Assembly: GCF_036321535.1 (NCBI RefSeq)
Contig: NC_087472.1
Span: 100,504,001-100,568,000, forward strand
DNA: 64,000 nucleotides
Direction of reading: 5' to 3'
From: Camelus dromedarius
Taxonomy: Eukaryota
Below are positions 36,901-47,135 of the stretch, in pieces; position 1 is the first letter of the stretch, and each line of letters starts with the position of its first letter. The position numbers and the translations under genes are program-made. The notes beneath the pieces were generated by a model, which worked only from the letters and a program-made list of their open reading frames with translations, was not told the DNA's origin and ran no database searches.

Positions 36901-39900
36901 GAAATAAAAAAATGCACAGTGTGAGAACTGAGTTTCAGTTTTATTGGGGGACTTAATGAGGACTATAGTCTGGGAGACAGCCTCTTAGACAGCTCTGAGG
37001 AACGGCACTGGAGAGCTAAGCAGGGAGGTCAGTACATGTGTGATTTTGCAGAAGTGGGTACAGGCAGGCTCACGTCTCAGTAGAAGGTTGCTGCTAGTCA
37101 TGAGGCACAGATACCTTAGTTAATGATTTTAGTGCTTTTCTAAGTGTGGGAAGATGCAAGAAAATAGATTCATAAAATTTTCTCCTGAAAATGTCTATTT
37201 GAAGGTCTGTTCTGCCAGTTTTCCCAGAGCACAGAGTGCCTCATTCCTGATCTGCATCCTGAACTTCTCTCAGGGTGTGTTGAAGTCAGTGACTACAGTG
37301 GCTAATGACTCAATCCTCGTAGAGTGGTGGCCAGCGACATCCTTTAGTTGGCAGAGCCTAGGTCTGAGCTGGCATCCTGGGTGGATGGCTTGAACTTCCA
37401 AACGTAGGAAAGGCCAAAGACAGGACGTGAGAGGTGAGACGGTGAGTTTAGTTTTGGAAATATGGAGTTATCATTCTTTTCATAAGCACTTTTTTTAATC
37501 TCACAGAGGGAGAGCCCCCCTCCCAGGATGCCTTGAGATAGCAAACTTTCCCAGGACTTTGTTTTTGTTTTTTTGTTTTGTTCTGTTTTGTTTTTCAGTT
37601 TACAAAATTTCACTTTGCCTATGGCTGCCAAAGATTTTATCTTTTGTGCAAAAGGAAGCTCGTAACATTCAGGTCTTAGTTTGAAATTCATTGTGTTATG
37701 GTTTTTCCCCCACCATAGGATTTTTCATATTCATCTTCTACTGTGTAGCAAAAGAGAATGTCAGAAAGCAGTGGAGGCGGTATCTGTGCTGTGGAAAGTT
37801 ACGACTGGCTGAAAATTCTGGTAAAGATTTACTTTACTCTTTCTCCTTCTCTTAAATCTTGAGAAAAAGATTGTATAAGTTAAGATCCATAGCAATTAAT
37901 GCTGAAGGGCTATCGAATCTGGAAATCAAGGAACAGAACCTGCTCAACAGAAAATATCCATTGTGAACATTAGGGGAAAAAAACCTAGTGAATTAAAAAA
38001 TAATTACTCATATCTGGGAACTTAGTGAGCGATAGAATTAATGGCCTAGTTGCTTCATGAATGAGGCAAGAGTGAAATTTTTAGAATTCATTTCCTTTTG
38101 AGCTCCTGTTTATCCAAAGTTATTTTTAATATTTACCTTCATAACTTTTTAAGTCTTGACTTGACCTGTTCTCCACAGATCCTGATCGTCAGTTGCATCA
38201 TTTATTTGTTATTGGGCCAGTCTTTTTTTATAAGCTTTAGCATACATTTGGTTATTTTGAAGTTATTTTCAGGTATGCCCTGCTGGATTATAGACCAAAT
38301 AGCTCATTTTTAAGAAAATAAGAAAAGTGAAGTACTCTTTGAAAAATGAAATTCCTTTTGCATGAATATTACCCATGTATAAAAACTCTGCAGTATTGCA
38401 CAGATCTGGTTGCACAAGATCAGAAAATGGCAGTACCTAGAGTTCAATCATTTGCCTGGATTTAAAAGCCATTAGTCATCATAGCAGGTCGATTTGTGTT
38501 CTTGTGAAGACAGTCCTTGGCTCCGAATTATTACCCAATCCAGTGGATATTTATAGACACAATCAAATTAGCCTGGTCTTTAGTTCCAAGAGAATATAGG
38601 TTACTTTTAACTAGGCAATCATTTAAAGGACAAATGTAGACAGTCTTAAATGAAAATACATTTGATCACACTGCCTTGTGAAATGCGGGATTCTCTGTAT
38701 GATCTGGAAGTGAGAGAGGAGCTGTAGAACGAGTTACACTGTGATCTGTCTCCTGCACCTGACCTTCAACTTTCCTGCCCTGTGTTTCTGTAATGCTTAT
38801 TTTACTCTGCTGCAGACTGGAGTAAAACTGCTACTAATGGTTTAAAGAAGCAAACTGTAAACCAAGGAGTCTCCAGCTCTTCAAATTCCTTACAGTCAAA
38901 CAGTAACTCCACCCACTCTACCACGCTGCTAGTGAACAATGAGTGCTCAGGACTCATGAGCGGGAATGGTACGTATGTCTCAGTATAGTATTTCTTAAGC
39001 TCGCGTTTGTTTTACTAAAGTAGTTTTATCCTTTAATGGCATTTTTGCTAAGCAAAGTGAATAATTACATATATGACTAGTGGATCAAAATGTGGTTCCC
39101 TTATAAAAGAGTAAGTTTATTAATCCAAATTTATTCATTTTAGAGCAATTTTTTTAAGATTTAGTTTTTTATGATGGGAATTGATTGACAACCTAAAAGT
39201 TTTAATGTTGCAAATCCTGACTTAAGTATTGCCCAAAGACTTCAGTCCTATGCTATTTCTGTGCAAGCAGTACCTAAAATAGTCGGTAAGACTATATTGA
39301 TTTTTAGTATATCTATAGTTATACACATCTTCAACACTTTTACACCTTCCTATTTTTTGCTTGCCTTGTTTGTTCATTCTTTTCCACAGTGTCACTGCCT
39401 TGTGACAGTGCCTAAATCCTCATGAATATATCAAATACTGAAAGATGAATTGTGACCAGTATTGGTGACCATATATGTATGTCTCAGATCATTGCCACTG
39501 TGCCTCCTTAACTCATTAACTCTGACATTTCTAGCCAAAACTCCCATTACGTTTTCTTTCTTTCATAAGACTGGGCTGTTCATTACTCATAAAAACTTAT
39601 TTCTGTCTTCTTTGGCTTCTTAATATAGCTTTTGCACTTTTATAAAAACTTAAATTCTGCTGGTATACTTTCTCCTTCCTGGAGAATTTGCCTTTACTTA
39701 TCATTTTAGAATATTAGTTATTTTCATGACAAATTCAAAGAAATTTGTTCTTTCAAGAAGGTTCATATACCTAACAAATAGTTTTCCAGCCTCTCATAGA
39801 TGCAAGGTCCTACTGAGACTTTTAAATGCCAGACTTTTAAAATACAATAGAATGCCTCTAAATCGAGGCTTCTCAACCTTGGCACAGTAAACATTTGGGG

Positions 39901-41205
39901 CTAGATAACTCTTTGTTGTGGGGGTTTGTCCTGTGCATTTGGGGAGGTTTAGCAACATTCCCTGGTCTCCACCCACCAGATACCACTAGCACCCACCCAC
40001 TCATCCCAAGCTGTGACAACTGAAAATGTCTTCTAATATTGTGAAATGTTCCCTGAGGGGTAAAATCCCCACCCGTTTATTGAGAACCATTGCTGCATAA
40101 GATGAGAAATAGCTGCCATGCGGCCTTAGCTCTTTACTGTAGATCCAGGGGGAGAGCTGGGCTCTAGGCCACATGGCTCTATCAGGAATGACTCAGTGTA
40201 GGCAAACAGAGTAGAGGCAGTGACAATCAAGGCTGTTTAATAAGTTAGAGTGAGAAACCAGTTCCAAGTAGAGAAATCAGAGGTGTGAGCTAAGTCATCA
40301 AGAATCCTAAGAATCCCAACAAATCAGTAAAGCCTACTGCTTTGGATAGAAGTGTTTGAAGCTCTTAAAGCCAGATTTTTCCATATTCTAGAAAGAACTC
40401 AGGGATAACACCTCACTTGCCTAGGCTATCAGTATGTTGCCGTCCTTCGGGGACTCGGATTCAATGAAAGCAGCACATTTTGCACAGCTGTTTGACATGG
40501 CTGATTTGACACAGCTGTTTCTGTTGGCTGACAGTGAGGGTGGGGTTATTTTAAGCCACCAAAATGGCCACATGTTTAATATCAGGTAACCTGCACATTG
40601 GATGGACATCACTGACTCCTCAGTCCACACATCAGGATCTGGGATGGAAGAGAGAAAAAGAAGCTGGAAGTTCAATGGTGTGTTTATTATACCAGGTCAA
40701 ATGGTTCCTGCACCAAAATGTCCTCAAACGAAAATGCCGAAGTCAGGACAGCAGCCTCAGACAGTTGCATGCCCTACTTGAGCTATGCCCAGAAATGGAG
40801 CTGTGTTAACCATATCCATCACCTGTTTGTGTGACACTACATATTTCAGTTATGTGCTAGGGGCTTGGCTACCAGCAGCCATCTCACTCAGTACACAGGA
40901 CCACAGGCTCAGTTTGGAAGAAACATCACATGTTGACTCTGCCACTTCTGAGCCATGTAACCTTGAGCAAAGCACTTTCTGAAACCTTAGTTTCATCATT
41001 TGTGAAATAGGGGTAATAATAGGGCTCATCCTGTCGGATAATAAATGAGATAATAAAGTTCTCAGCACTTATTATTAGTATAATTGTGGCATGAACTAGC
41101 AATGGGCTTGTTATTCAGCTTTCTACGTTGTCTTCAAATGGTGTAATGGTCAGAAAGATAGTGCCAAGTAGCTAGAGGGTCCCAACGGCTGTGTCCACCC
41201 CCCCC

Positions 41206-41273
<68 letters not shown>

Positions 41274-42071
41274 TCAGGGCCTGCTTGGGCTGGAGGAGGC
41301 CCAGCTGCTCCCTAGCCTGGACTCTGAGGTTGGAGTTGATAGTTTCCTCTTGGGAATCAGTTGTATCCTGATTTAATCAGAGGGCTGGTTTAGTCTACGA
41401 GAGACAATTTTTTTCTTTCCAGGACTGTTGTCACTCTGGGTTTCTCTGTACAAACTTTTATTTTGTAGGAATCTTAGGGAATCAAGAATGGTATAAGAGA
41501 TCTCTGTTAACTTTTGGGGGAGATCAGAATATTACCTTAGATTATTTTACACATATGCTACTATTTGAAGTCAATATATGTTCAACCAGAGTTAGGAAAC
41601 AGGCCTTTTAAAATCTAATATACTGCTTGGCTTCATATTTTGACCATTTAATTTTTTTTAAGTTGCCATAGAGACCTGGTTTCTGAATCATTCTCCAATT
41701 TTTTTTTTTTGCTTATTTTAAGTGATCTTAGGAAAGGAATGAAAAGTAAATATGACAATATATCAGTTTTTTAAGAAAAAAAGACATGTGCATGTGTGTA
41801 CTTAAGAAGAAAGTGATGTTTAAGTTTGTTTATTTTTTAAATGCTTTCTGTGGATACTTCCACTGGTTTTGTTTTTCCTCATACAGGGAATGCTTCTACA
41901 GAGAAGAATGGTGTTTCCTTCAATGTTCAGAACGGAGATGTGTGCCTTCATGATTTCACTGGAAAACAGCACATGTTTAACGAGAAAGAAGATTCCTGCA
42001 ATGGTAAAAGCCGTATTGCTCTAAGAAGGACTTCAAAGCGGGGAAGCTTACATTTTATTGAGCAAATGTGA
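2363..42071 (+). CDS. ADGRG2: Adhesion G-protein coupled receptor G2 (GPR64/HE6), 25 spliced coding exons, 5'-partial
   Basis: Exons below join in one frame (2912 nt = 2 nt + 970 codons incl. stop). Translation follows remembered human ADGRG2 from ...[13 protein letters not shown] to ...[15 protein letters not shown], with Ser/Thr/Pro stalk, GAIN/GPS and 7TM. Confidence 0.97.
2510..2533 (+). CDS. ADGRG2: ADGRG2 micro-exon EVETTSLN, 24 nt
   Basis: caaaag|AGGTTGAAACCACAAGCCTAAACG|gtaag; matches remembered human peptide; phase 1-1. Confidence 0.9.
3984..4022 (+). CDS. ADGRG2: ADGRG2 micro-exon [13 protein letters not shown], 39 nt
   Basis: ttttatttcag|AT...ACAG|gtaat; phase 1-1; resembles human DVTLSLLPSNET. 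Confidence 0.85.
4230..4870 (-). mobile_element. Old L1M fragment containing (TA)n at 4378-4407
   Basis: L1 antisense motifs ttgcaataaacatccttgtac, cattcctgccagcagtggataaga, ttgcattttttgattattagtgagattgaac. Confidence 0.6.
5925..5966 (+). CDS. ADGRG2: ADGRG2 micro-exon [14 protein letters not shown], 42 nt
   Basis: ctttgcag|AA...TCAG|gtatg; phase 1-1. Confidence 0.93.
6438..6660 (+). mobile_element. MER58A-like hAT-Charlie MITE
   Basis: caggggttggcaaactatggcc...gtaaataaagttttattggaacac; perfect 8-bp TSD ATTTAAAG at 6430-6437 and 6661-6668. Confidence 0.85.
8226..8279 (+). CDS. ADGRG2: ADGRG2 exon [18 protein letters not shown], 54 nt
   Basis: tctttgcag|GA...TCAG|gttag; phase 1-1. Confidence 0.94.
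9958..9989. repeat. (CA)n microsatellite
   Basis: Direct reading. Confidence 0.95.
10289..10511 (+). mobile_element. MER58A-like hAT-Charlie MITE
   Basis: Same core as the 6438 copy; TSD ttctagtt/ctctagtt. Confidence 0.85.
11316..11371 (+). CDS. ADGRG2: ADGRG2 exon [19 protein letters not shown]
   Basis: tttttag|CA...CCAG|gtaagt; phase 1-0. Confidence 0.93.
12226..12281 (+). CDS. ADGRG2: ADGRG2 exon [19 protein letters not shown]
   Basis: ctaacag|AGT...TTGAA|gtgagt; phase 0-2. Confidence 0.92.
12501..13079 (-). mobile_element. Solo ERV1-class LTR
   Basis: Starts TGTT, ends TTTCG (decayed CA); 4-bp TSD AGAG (12497-12500, 13080-13083); minus-strand AATAAA near 12581 and TATAAATA near 12655. 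Confidence 0.8.
14063..14234. mobile_element. MER5-type hAT MITE (within L2-derived sequence)
   Basis: cagtggtt...ggggagcttttaaaact...ctccccaggtggttcc...ttgagaatc. Confidence 0.75.
14533..14741. mobile_element. MER20 hAT MITE
   Basis: cagggtttctcagcctcagcactattgacatttgggg...ggttgagaatcgctg; TSD ccttggaa/ccttgaag. Confidence 0.85.
15328..15367 (+). CDS. ADGRG2: ADGRG2 exon [13 protein letters not shown]
   Basis: tttacag|ACGA...GAG|gtaatc; phase 2-0. Confidence 0.94.
15839..15876 (+). CDS. ADGRG2: ADGRG2 exon [13 protein letters not shown]
   Basis: tgtttcag|ACT...CAAAG|gtcagt; phase 0-2. Confidence 0.94.
17135..17229 (+). CDS. ADGRG2: ADGRG2 exon [31 protein letters not shown]
   Basis: ctttatag|C...ATGG|gtaagt; phase 2-1. 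Confidence 0.95.
17778..17844 (+). CDS. ADGRG2: ADGRG2 exon [23 protein letters not shown]
   Basis: tctccag|AA...CAGTG|gtatgt; phase 1-2. Confidence 0.95.
18014..18981. mobile_element. MER5-type MITE interrupted by a 5'-inverted L1 (about 18079-18855)
   Basis: TIRs cagtgatttgcaa / ttgtaaatcactg; TSD cgttaaac/ccttaaac; L1 pieces in both orientations inside. Confidence 0.8.
19731..20472. mobile_element. Cluster of three MER5A/B MITEs; third interrupted by an L1 3' fragment (about 20190-20340)
   Basis: Repeated MER5 motifs cagtggttctc...ggctgcac, ctgagattctgcatttctaacaagctc. Confidence 0.75.
21600..22115 (+). mobile_element. Fossil hAT (Charlie5-like) transposase fragment
   Basis: 22038-22113 reads [16 protein letters not shown] then, after a frameshift, NFVKSK, resembling the hAT C-terminal motif (SMFGTTWVCESTFS..NFMKSK); left boundary uncertain. 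Confidence 0.6.
22510..22901 (+). CDS. ADGRG2: ADGRG2 mucin-like Ser/Thr/Pro-rich stalk exon (DLQDPVVCL...APDKT)
   Basis: cctctag|T...ACAG|gtaaat; 392 nt; lies within ORF 22424-22993. Confidence 0.96.
24378..24965 (-). mobile_element. L1MB-like 3' end
   Basis: ttgaagtataattta...ggatggaccatagtttgtttaatcattctcc...gatggacatttgggttgtttccagtttgg. Confidence 0.85.
25032..25203 (+). CDS. ADGRG2: ADGRG2 exon, start of GAIN region (EIVHTSS...APLAQR)
   Basis: gttatag|AA...CAAAG|gtatga; phase 1-2. Confidence 0.95.
25391..25547 (+). CDS. ADGRG2: ADGRG2 GAIN exon (LLKVVDDIG...DPANLQ)
   Basis: ctctacag|A...CAG|gtacat; phase 2-0. Confidence 0.96.
25639..25937. mobile_element. Probable ancient hAT-like MITE
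   Basis: Imperfect terminal inverted repeats taggggtaatattca / tgaatatcaatcctg. Confidence 0.45.
26419..26562 (+). CDS. ADGRG2: ADGRG2 GAIN exon (VSLETQ...PALFQ)
   Basis: ttttcag|GTT...CAG|gtaaaa; 144 nt. Confidence 0.96.
26720..27140. mobile_element. MIR SINEs (antisense then sense)
   Basis: ccattttatagatgatgccgtggaggcacagagaggttaagtaacttgc. Confidence 0.7.
27194..27316 (+). CDS. ADGRG2: ADGRG2 GAIN exon ([16 protein letters not shown]...HISPSQ)
   Basis: gttctag|GAC...CAG|gtgggt; 123 nt. Confidence 0.96.
27660..27835. mobile_element. MER5A MITE
   Basis: ctactcaaagtgtggtc...cagcatcacctgggagcttgctagaaatgcagactctcaggcccc. Confidence 0.85.
27993..28038 (+). CDS. ADGRG2: ADGRG2 GPS exon [15 protein letters not shown]
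   Basis: actgcag|GAT...AACG|gtaggt; CxFW motif. Confidence 0.96.
28155..28258 (+). CDS. ADGRG2: ADGRG2 GPS exon with autoproteolysis site (WSSDGC...[13 protein letters not shown])
   Basis: ccaacag|GT...CTG|gtaata; H-L-T codons at 28232-28240. Confidence 0.97.
28560..28990. mobile_element. Two MIR SINEs in opposite orientation
   Basis: tgtgaccctagacaaattacttaacctctctgggccccagtttt. Confidence 0.7.
29057..29178 (+). CDS. ADGRG2: ADGRG2 Stachel end and TM1 ([41 protein letters not shown])
   Basis: tttccag|GAC...TTTGA|gtgagt. Confidence 0.97.
30503..30771 (+). CDS. ADGRG2: ADGRG2 TM2-TM4 exon ([11 protein letters not shown]...FCIVGW)
   Basis: ccttttag|G...TGGG|gtatgt; ORF 30468-30833. Confidence 0.97.
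31444..31840 (-). mobile_element. Solo ERV1-class LTR inserted in an older MIR3/L3-like repeat
   Basis: Inverted ends cattaaaga / tctttaata; 4-bp TSD CCTT (31440-31443, 31841-31844). Confidence 0.75.
33001..33406. mobile_element. MLT1 (ERVL-MaLR) solo LTR
   Basis: cacttctgtccatatcccactggccaagacctagtca...aaaggctgggagatgt. Confidence 0.7.
33499..33598 (+). CDS. ADGRG2: ADGRG2 TM4/ECL2 exon ([34 protein letters not shown])
   Basis: cttccag|GG...GACTT|gtgagt. Confidence 0.97.
34157..34440 (+). CDS. ADGRG2: ADGRG2 TM5-TM7 exon ([10 protein letters not shown]...IFNTLQ)
   Basis: attccag|T...CAAG|gtaagc; ORF 34122-34511. Confidence 0.97.
35765..36228 (-). mobile_element. Relatively young solo ERV1-class LTR with internal 51-bp tandem duplication
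   Basis: TG...CA ends; perfect TSD GAAG (35761-35764, 36229-36232); CpGs retained. Confidence 0.85.
36893..37353 (-). mobile_element. Solo ERV1-class LTR
   Basis: Ends tggcaact / agttggca; TSD gaac/gagc; minus-strand AATAAA near 36940. Confidence 0.8.
37719..37820 (+). CDS. ADGRG2: ADGRG2 TM7/helix 8 exon ([34 protein letters not shown])
   Basis: caccatag|GA...TCTG|gtaaag. Confidence 0.97.
38816..38968 (+). CDS. ADGRG2: ADGRG2 C-tail exon (DWSKTATNG...GLMSGN), 153 nt, symmetric
   Basis: gctgcag|AC...AATG|gtacgt; phase 1-1. Confidence 0.96.
39864..40092. mobile_element. MER20 hAT MITE
   Basis: ttctcaaccttggcacagtaaacatttggggctagataactctttgttgtgggg...ttgagaaccattg. Confidence 0.85.
41207..41270. 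repeat. Perfect (AC)32 microsatellite
   Basis: Direct reading. Confidence 0.97.
41887..42071 (+). CDS. ADGRG2: ADGRG2 last coding exon (GNASTEKNG...HFIEQM*)
   Basis: catacag|GG...ATGTGA; ORF 41841-42071. Confidence 0.97.
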
Positions 42072-42717
42072 TTCCTTTTCTGAAAATCAAAGCATGTTGC
42101 TTGACAGTGTGAAAATGTCCAGTTTTACCTTTTACACAATGTGAGTTGTATGAAAATCAACTAATTTTATACTCAGCAACCTCTGGCGGAACATAAGCTA
42201 ATTGAGGGCAATGGTTACTATTGGAAGAGGAAACCAAAACATTATACCATGGTTCTTAGACTTTTGTGATTTGGTTTCTTATCCTTCATTTTAAAAGAAG
42301 ATTGATTTTAAACAACACACTAAGAATAAGACTCATTTTAAAAAAATCAAAGTAGTTCATTTCCAGCCCCATTTACAGAGGCTAAGTTATCTTTGATAAC
42401 ATCATATAAAGCCACTGTTGACTTCAGCCTGCTGGTGAGTTTCGCTGTGCATGCCTTTGTTGTAAATAAGCTAAATTCTAGTGACCCCACATGTCAAAAA
42501 TCTTACTTCCACATTTTTGGTATTTATTTTCTACTGTGTAAATTTCTTTCTTTGTAGAATCGTGGTTGTGTTGTTGTGTCTAATGTGATAATTCAGAAAA
42601 TCTTTGCTGGTTCAGTGAATTCTAAAGCTCCTTTTGGAGACTGTATGGGATATGAAATACAGGAACTTCTTGGAAATCTAGAAATGACGCCAGCCAGACT
42701 GGAAAAATGTAAGCAGA

Positions 42718-42891
42718 CAGTGCCACAATTAGCTCATACAGTGCCTTGGAGTGAGTTAGAAAAGGTGGGCAGACACAGCCCAATGGGCTCATGATTTGGC
42801 AGGCAGAGTGGGGGCCATATTTTAGCCCCATTCACCCGTTTGGGTGTACCCTTGTTCAGGGTACAACCTGTACAACTGTACACAGCATCTA
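42718..42891 (-). mobile_element. MER91-like hAT-Tip100 element in the ADGRG2 3'UTR
   Basis: cagtgccacaattagctcatacagtgcc...ttagaaaagg and gtacaacctgtacaactgtac resemble remembered MER91 ends. Confidence 0.6.
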
Positions 42892-43612
42892 ATACAGTTA
42901 CCTGTCTCCTATCATCATCCCTAATCATCAGTTTATGGAATCTGCACCAAGATGTTTAGCTTAATGCCTTGGTCACAGAGAGGGATGGAACTGTAATCTT
43001 GACCATATGGCAGGAAAATTGTGAATGTAGAGGAGATACATACACTGCCACTTCCCAAATCCCCAGAGCCTTTCAGAAAAGGGGAGTTAGAGTCATATTA
43101 CTTTTTAAAAGAGATGTACATAAGGCAAAAAAAAATCATATTGCTGTTCTTTAAAAGGCAACTGCATGGTACTTTGTTGATTATTATGACTGGTACACTC
43201 TGGCCAGCCAGAGCTATAATTATTTTTTAAAATAATTGTCTTGAAGAATGTATAGTGACAAGGGGGAGCAGCTATTGGGAACAGTGAACTATCCTGCAAT
43301 GCTGTTGTTTCCATACATGTCAAACCCTGATTGCTCCTAGTCATAGTGGGTCTATCTTGCTTCCCACCTACAGCTGCTTGAGCAGTGCCTCAAGTGTGTC
43401 CTTATTAGGAACATTTCAAAACCCTTTAGTTAGGTCTTTCACTAAGGTTCCCTTGCATATATTTCAAGTGAATGTTGTATCCCAGACTAACCATAATAAT
43501 AATGTAATACACTTCTGTGAGTGCTGATTTGTCTTTGCAATATTTCTTCTCCAATTTATTTAATTGCCTTGTATTTATATGTTAGAATCAACAAAAATGT
43601 TAAAATCGCCAA

Positions 43613-43618
43613 AATAAA
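43613..43618 (+). terminator. ADGRG2: Likely ADGRG2 polyadenylation signal (3'UTR about 1.55 kb)
   Basis: AATAAA following an AU-rich UTR segment, with T-rich sequence downstream. Confidence 0.7.
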
Positions 43619-43944
43619 TTTGCAGTTAAGTCCTTTAAGTTTGAGAACTTTCACAAAAAGAAAACGTTTGTGATCTCTTTCCCTGGCGGTGGAGCATGGA
43701 AGCAATTGGACCGGCCTGATGAAGACAAACTGAACAGTAACCTCCTTTGGCAGGCAGCCAGACCACAGCAAATTCTGCATGGTCAGGGCACATCACATGG
43801 ATTGTTGTATTATTTAAGAGCCAATAGCAAGAGAACAAAAAGCATGTGAGATGATGGATTTGGTTGAGTGACACAGATTTACGTTATGGAATTTCTAAAA
43901 TGAACTTGGTTAAGGACCATACATAGGGGACCCAGCTGAGCAGG

Positions 43945-44365
43945 ACTCATTTTCTTTCATTCATTCATTCAGTACTGAGCTACAACTATATGTTCAACAC
44001 TGTACCAGGCACAGGAGGAGATACCAAAGACTGTTTCAATGAGTAATTTATAATCTAGTTAGAAAAACATGACACACATGAAAACAGTAACAATATGAGG
44101 CAATACATTATTGTCAAATGATGATGAAAACAGCTATGATTTATGAAGTACTTTTTCATGAGCCAAGCTTGGTGGTAAGTGATTTATATTTATCCTCTTG
44201 AGCATAACCACCCTAGGAGGTAGGTGCTATTACTACCCCCATTTTACAAATGAGAACATTGAATTTCAAACAGCTAGAACAGCATGCCAAAGCTCACACC
44301 ACTTGTAAATGACAGAACTGGAATTTGAACTCGGTTGGAACTGACTCCAAGATCTAAATTCTTAC
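43945..44365 (-). mobile_element. L2 3' end and MIR in the intergenic spacer
   Basis: cattcattcattcattcagtactgagc; ccccattttacaaatgagaacattg. Confidence 0.7.
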
Positions 44366-44719
44366 TAAAGAAATTGTCATGGGAATTCAGAGTATGGGGA
44401 GGGCTAATAGGGAAAATTTGGGCTGGCCCTTAAAGACAGGCTTCAGATAGGCAAGGAGGTGGAGGAAAAAGCTTACTGGGTCAAGCATACAGTAAATGCA
44501 TGGAGACTAGCAAAGGGCTTGTGGAAACCATTATATTAGGCGAGCAGTCCACTGGAATTCACATGGGACCAGATTTTGGTGGAAAATTAATACTGGGCAG
44601 AAAATTGTAAAAGTTGTAGGTAATTATCAGCCACGAGAAACTAATGCCAAGTTTCAAGTTGTAGGCCTGGAGATGGACTGCAGGTCAGGCCCACTGAGCT
44701 TCTCCTAGGTGGCTAGGGG

Positions 44720-45880
<1,161 letters not shown>

Positions 45881-46807
45881 ATTCTACTACCCAGCCCCCT
45901 CTTGTATTCTGAGACTGCAGTTCAGAGGTTTCCTCTTTAAATCTAGTCCTTGCTGGCCGTTGTTAACTCCCCACCTCCATTACCACCCCGTCCACTTTAC
46001 GAGTCAGAGGACCGAAGGGCTGTGCGGCTACGCTTTACAGAATTCTTTGACCACTGTTTGGGATCGAAGATATAAAGAGCCCCGTGGGTGCGCTGGGTAC
46101 AAAATGCATCTTTTTGCACTGACTCTGCTTCTTTTGGATCGAGGAGGTGTGTGTAGGTTGAACAGAGCGCACTGAATGAGGATGGTGACCTCTGGACTGG
46201 GAGGACAGTAGACAGGAGTGAAGAAGCTCCCGAGGTCTGCATCTCACTCCGGGTGTGGGGCGACTGCTGCTGTCCCACTCTTGTTAGAGACTACCTTCTA
46301 GGGCTTTAGGGCTTACTCTGGTTGCTATTTTACAGATGAGAAAACTGAGGGCCAAAAAAGTTACTGCGGGTAGTAGGGTCAGACCCAAACGTAGGTTTTG
46401 CTCCCAAGTTGAAGGGAATCTGTGAAGCTGCCCATGTTGTCTGGCTCCTGTTTTTTTATTACCGGCTAAGGTTTTATGTGGGCCCATCATGTAAGACCAC
46501 TGGACTATTTTTATTCCTAGTGAAGACAACAGCTATGTTGCTTGCCCTTAATCAACAGCAACTATTTATAGGACCTCCATGTCAGAGAAGGAAGGAAGGG
46601 GCATTCTACGGTTAGATGCCTGGCCTTCAAGATGGGAGCCATGGTCACTCGCAAGCCAGTGACCGTTTTCCCTTTAGTCAGTTTCTTAGCCTTGTTTCTT
46701 CATTCAGGAAATATTTATTGTGTATCTATTATGTGCAAGGCACTCTGTTGCTGGGCTTACAAAGAAGAATAAACGCTTGCAGTGCAGTGAGATGTATACG
46801 TAGGAAA

Positions 46808-47135
46808 TAGGTCCAGAGTCCCTTGTCTGAAGTTCTTGGGGCCAGATGTGGTTTGCAAGTCAGAAATGTTTGGATTTTAGGGAGGTAGTATACATATATA
46901 TTCTCTAGTAACTGCAGTGGAGTCTGGCAGCACCCCTTAATCAAACACATGATTATTTTCCACATCAGAATATGAATATTCACACTGAGTAGGAAAATTA
47001 AAGACTGAATATAGTTTCACATCAGTTCAGGTCACCTTTTGCCACCAAACAAGCTTGCTGCAAACTTATGAAAACACTTTAAATTTTCAGAGTATACTGG
47101 CTTTTGAAATTGCACGTGAGGACTGTGGTCCTTAT
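46808..47135. mobile_element. Probable TcMar-Tigger MITE inside L2
   Basis: Inverted ends aggtccagagtccc / ggactgtggtcctta; ttcttggggccagatgtg motif. Confidence 0.45.
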
